Assembly: GCA_965153285.1 (NCBI GenBank)
Contig: OZ229115.1
Source: Podarcis tiliguerta
Taxonomy: Eukaryota
Strand: one strand, 5' to 3'
Length of the DNA: 64,000 nt
How positions within the stretch are numbered: position 1 is the first letter of the stretch; each line of letters starts with the position of its first letter. The notes under the pieces were generated by a model. That model was given only the letters and a program-made list of their open reading frames with translations, searched no databases and had not been told where the DNA came from. Of this stretch, positions 62,601 to 64,000 are shown in pieces. The translations under genes were made by a program, and so were the position numbers.

Positions 62601-64000
62601 TACAGCACTACCAACCAAAGAATTATCACTGCAATGTTTCTGTTTTGTTTGCATTTCAAGAAATTAAGTGTTGCTAAGAGGACAGCAGCAGGATGAACAA
62701 GATGATACATTGCCTCCCACTGCCCTGGGATGAAATATGTTATAGAAAAGTTTGCCAAGTTCTCAGAGTGCATTCAGCCCTAGGACTGCCAGATCCTTGA
62801 ATGGAGAGATTCATCCCGTAATTAGGCTGCTAAGGTAGGGTGAAAGGGTGCAGGTTTTCCACTGGTCCCTTTTTTCAGATCTCTTTCCTGCCTGCTTTAC
62901 AACAGCAGGGATAACCTTGACTTTATCCTGCAACAACTGAGGAGGCTGGGTGGGATTTCCAGCAGCCCCAGTCTCATCTGTTTCCTCCAGTTATTGCAAG
63001 AGACAACTATACTCTCAAGGTACAAAACTGACAAAACAGGTATGTGACATGATTAAGAGAAATTTTTGAGTCACTACAAATAAACATTAGTCAGTAGCCC
63101 TCTTCTGGCATTCAGCTCAACATGCAAGGGCAAAAAGTGTGTAGTGGGACAGCGGCTTGAATGTCAACCTTGTCTGCGATGCCTGAGGATAGTCCCATGC
63201 TACTCACCCTTTACATGTTTGGTCTGAAGTTCTGAAGGGGGCTTACAAGCCTGTTTGTCTTGATGTGCTTACAAGCATCCTTGCAGTCAAAAACACTGAT
63301 AAATGATCAGGACAGTGGGGACGGGGCAACATATACACTCTACAGTTTTGACCCCAGGTGACCAGGCTGGAAACAAGAAGACTACAAATTTTAGTTAATG
63401 CTATTGTTCTGCAGCTAAAACATATTTCTCACTTTCTTGGTTTCTAGGAGAGATGCACATGCAACATAATATGCATAAACGTGGAAGAGCCATCCCTTGT
63501 GTAAGAGAAATGGGGAAATTGCCTCTTAAGGTGTTTGCCTCAACAGGTATGTCTATATAATGATCATCACCATCTTTGACCAGTGGCATCTTTTTTAGTA
63601 CTGAAAATATGGTGAACCTTTAGCCCATGAGCTAATCTTAGCCCATTAGGGAGTCCAATTTGGCCTTCAAAACCATTTCCCTCAAACCACACCCACTCAT
63701 CAGCTGGCATCACCAGTGACATCAGCTGTTGAGCAGGAGGAAAAGGTTTAATGCTGCATTGGTTGTGTGCCCTGTTCCCAGTAGGGAACAGCATACGTAT
63801 GGTCAAGGCAGCAGGATTTAATCCCTTATCAACCGATGAGGAGGGATTAAAGCCTTTTGCAAAAGTACTGTTTGAAGCAGCTCGTGCTTTTCTTTAAGCA
63901 AGTGGGTGAGCGAACAGTAGAACAGTCTCTCTCACACACCCCACTGCCACCTGCCAACATAAAGAAGCACAAACTGCTTCAAGCTGCACTTTTAGGTAGC

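Larger units (their letters stand above)
11908..64000 (-). other. TOP1: TOP1 gene span (partial: intron 2 through 3' UTR; exons 1-2 and promoter outside the window to the right)
   Basis: 19 spliced exons join into one open frame of 2243 nt (2 nt plus 747 codons including the stop) encoding a type IB topoisomerase. Exons 5, 7 and 9-21 have the lengths I recall for human TOP1. The K/H/D/E-rich N-terminal exons identify nuclear TOP1 rather than TOP1MT. No MSGDHLHNDSQ or IEADFRLN exon found in 49408-64000. Confidence 0.97.

Overview
Vertebrate genomic DNA, most likely from a lacertid lizard (Sauria/Squam1-type and Squam3-type SINEs, CR1 and L2 LINE ends, squamate-type MITEs). The window is dominated by the nuclear DNA topoisomerase I gene TOP1 on the minus strand. 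I mapped 19 coding exons by hand, equivalent to human exons 3-21 (49407 down to the TAA stop at 13265-13267). All have GT-AG boundaries, consistent phases and an intact catalytic set (R488, K532, R590, H632, Y723 in human numbering). A ~1.35 kb 3' UTR follows, with two AATAAA signals. Exons 1-2 and the promoter lie beyond the right edge; 49408-64000 is intron 2. Positions 1-~11900 are repeat-rich sequence downstream of the gene with no recognisable coding exon. I found no prokaryote-type or clearly novel multi-gene system. The best leads are regulatory: two stop-containing candidate cryptic exons with long AG-free pyrimidine tracts in intron 3 (possible poison-exon or intronic-polyadenylation control of TOP1), seed sites for all three miR-23/27/24 cluster members in the 3' UTR, and an intronic hairpin whose internal loop is complementary to the 5' end of 18S rRNA. 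These are hypotheses from reading the sequence. Comparisons to human TOP1 and repeat consensus sequences are from memory, not from searches.
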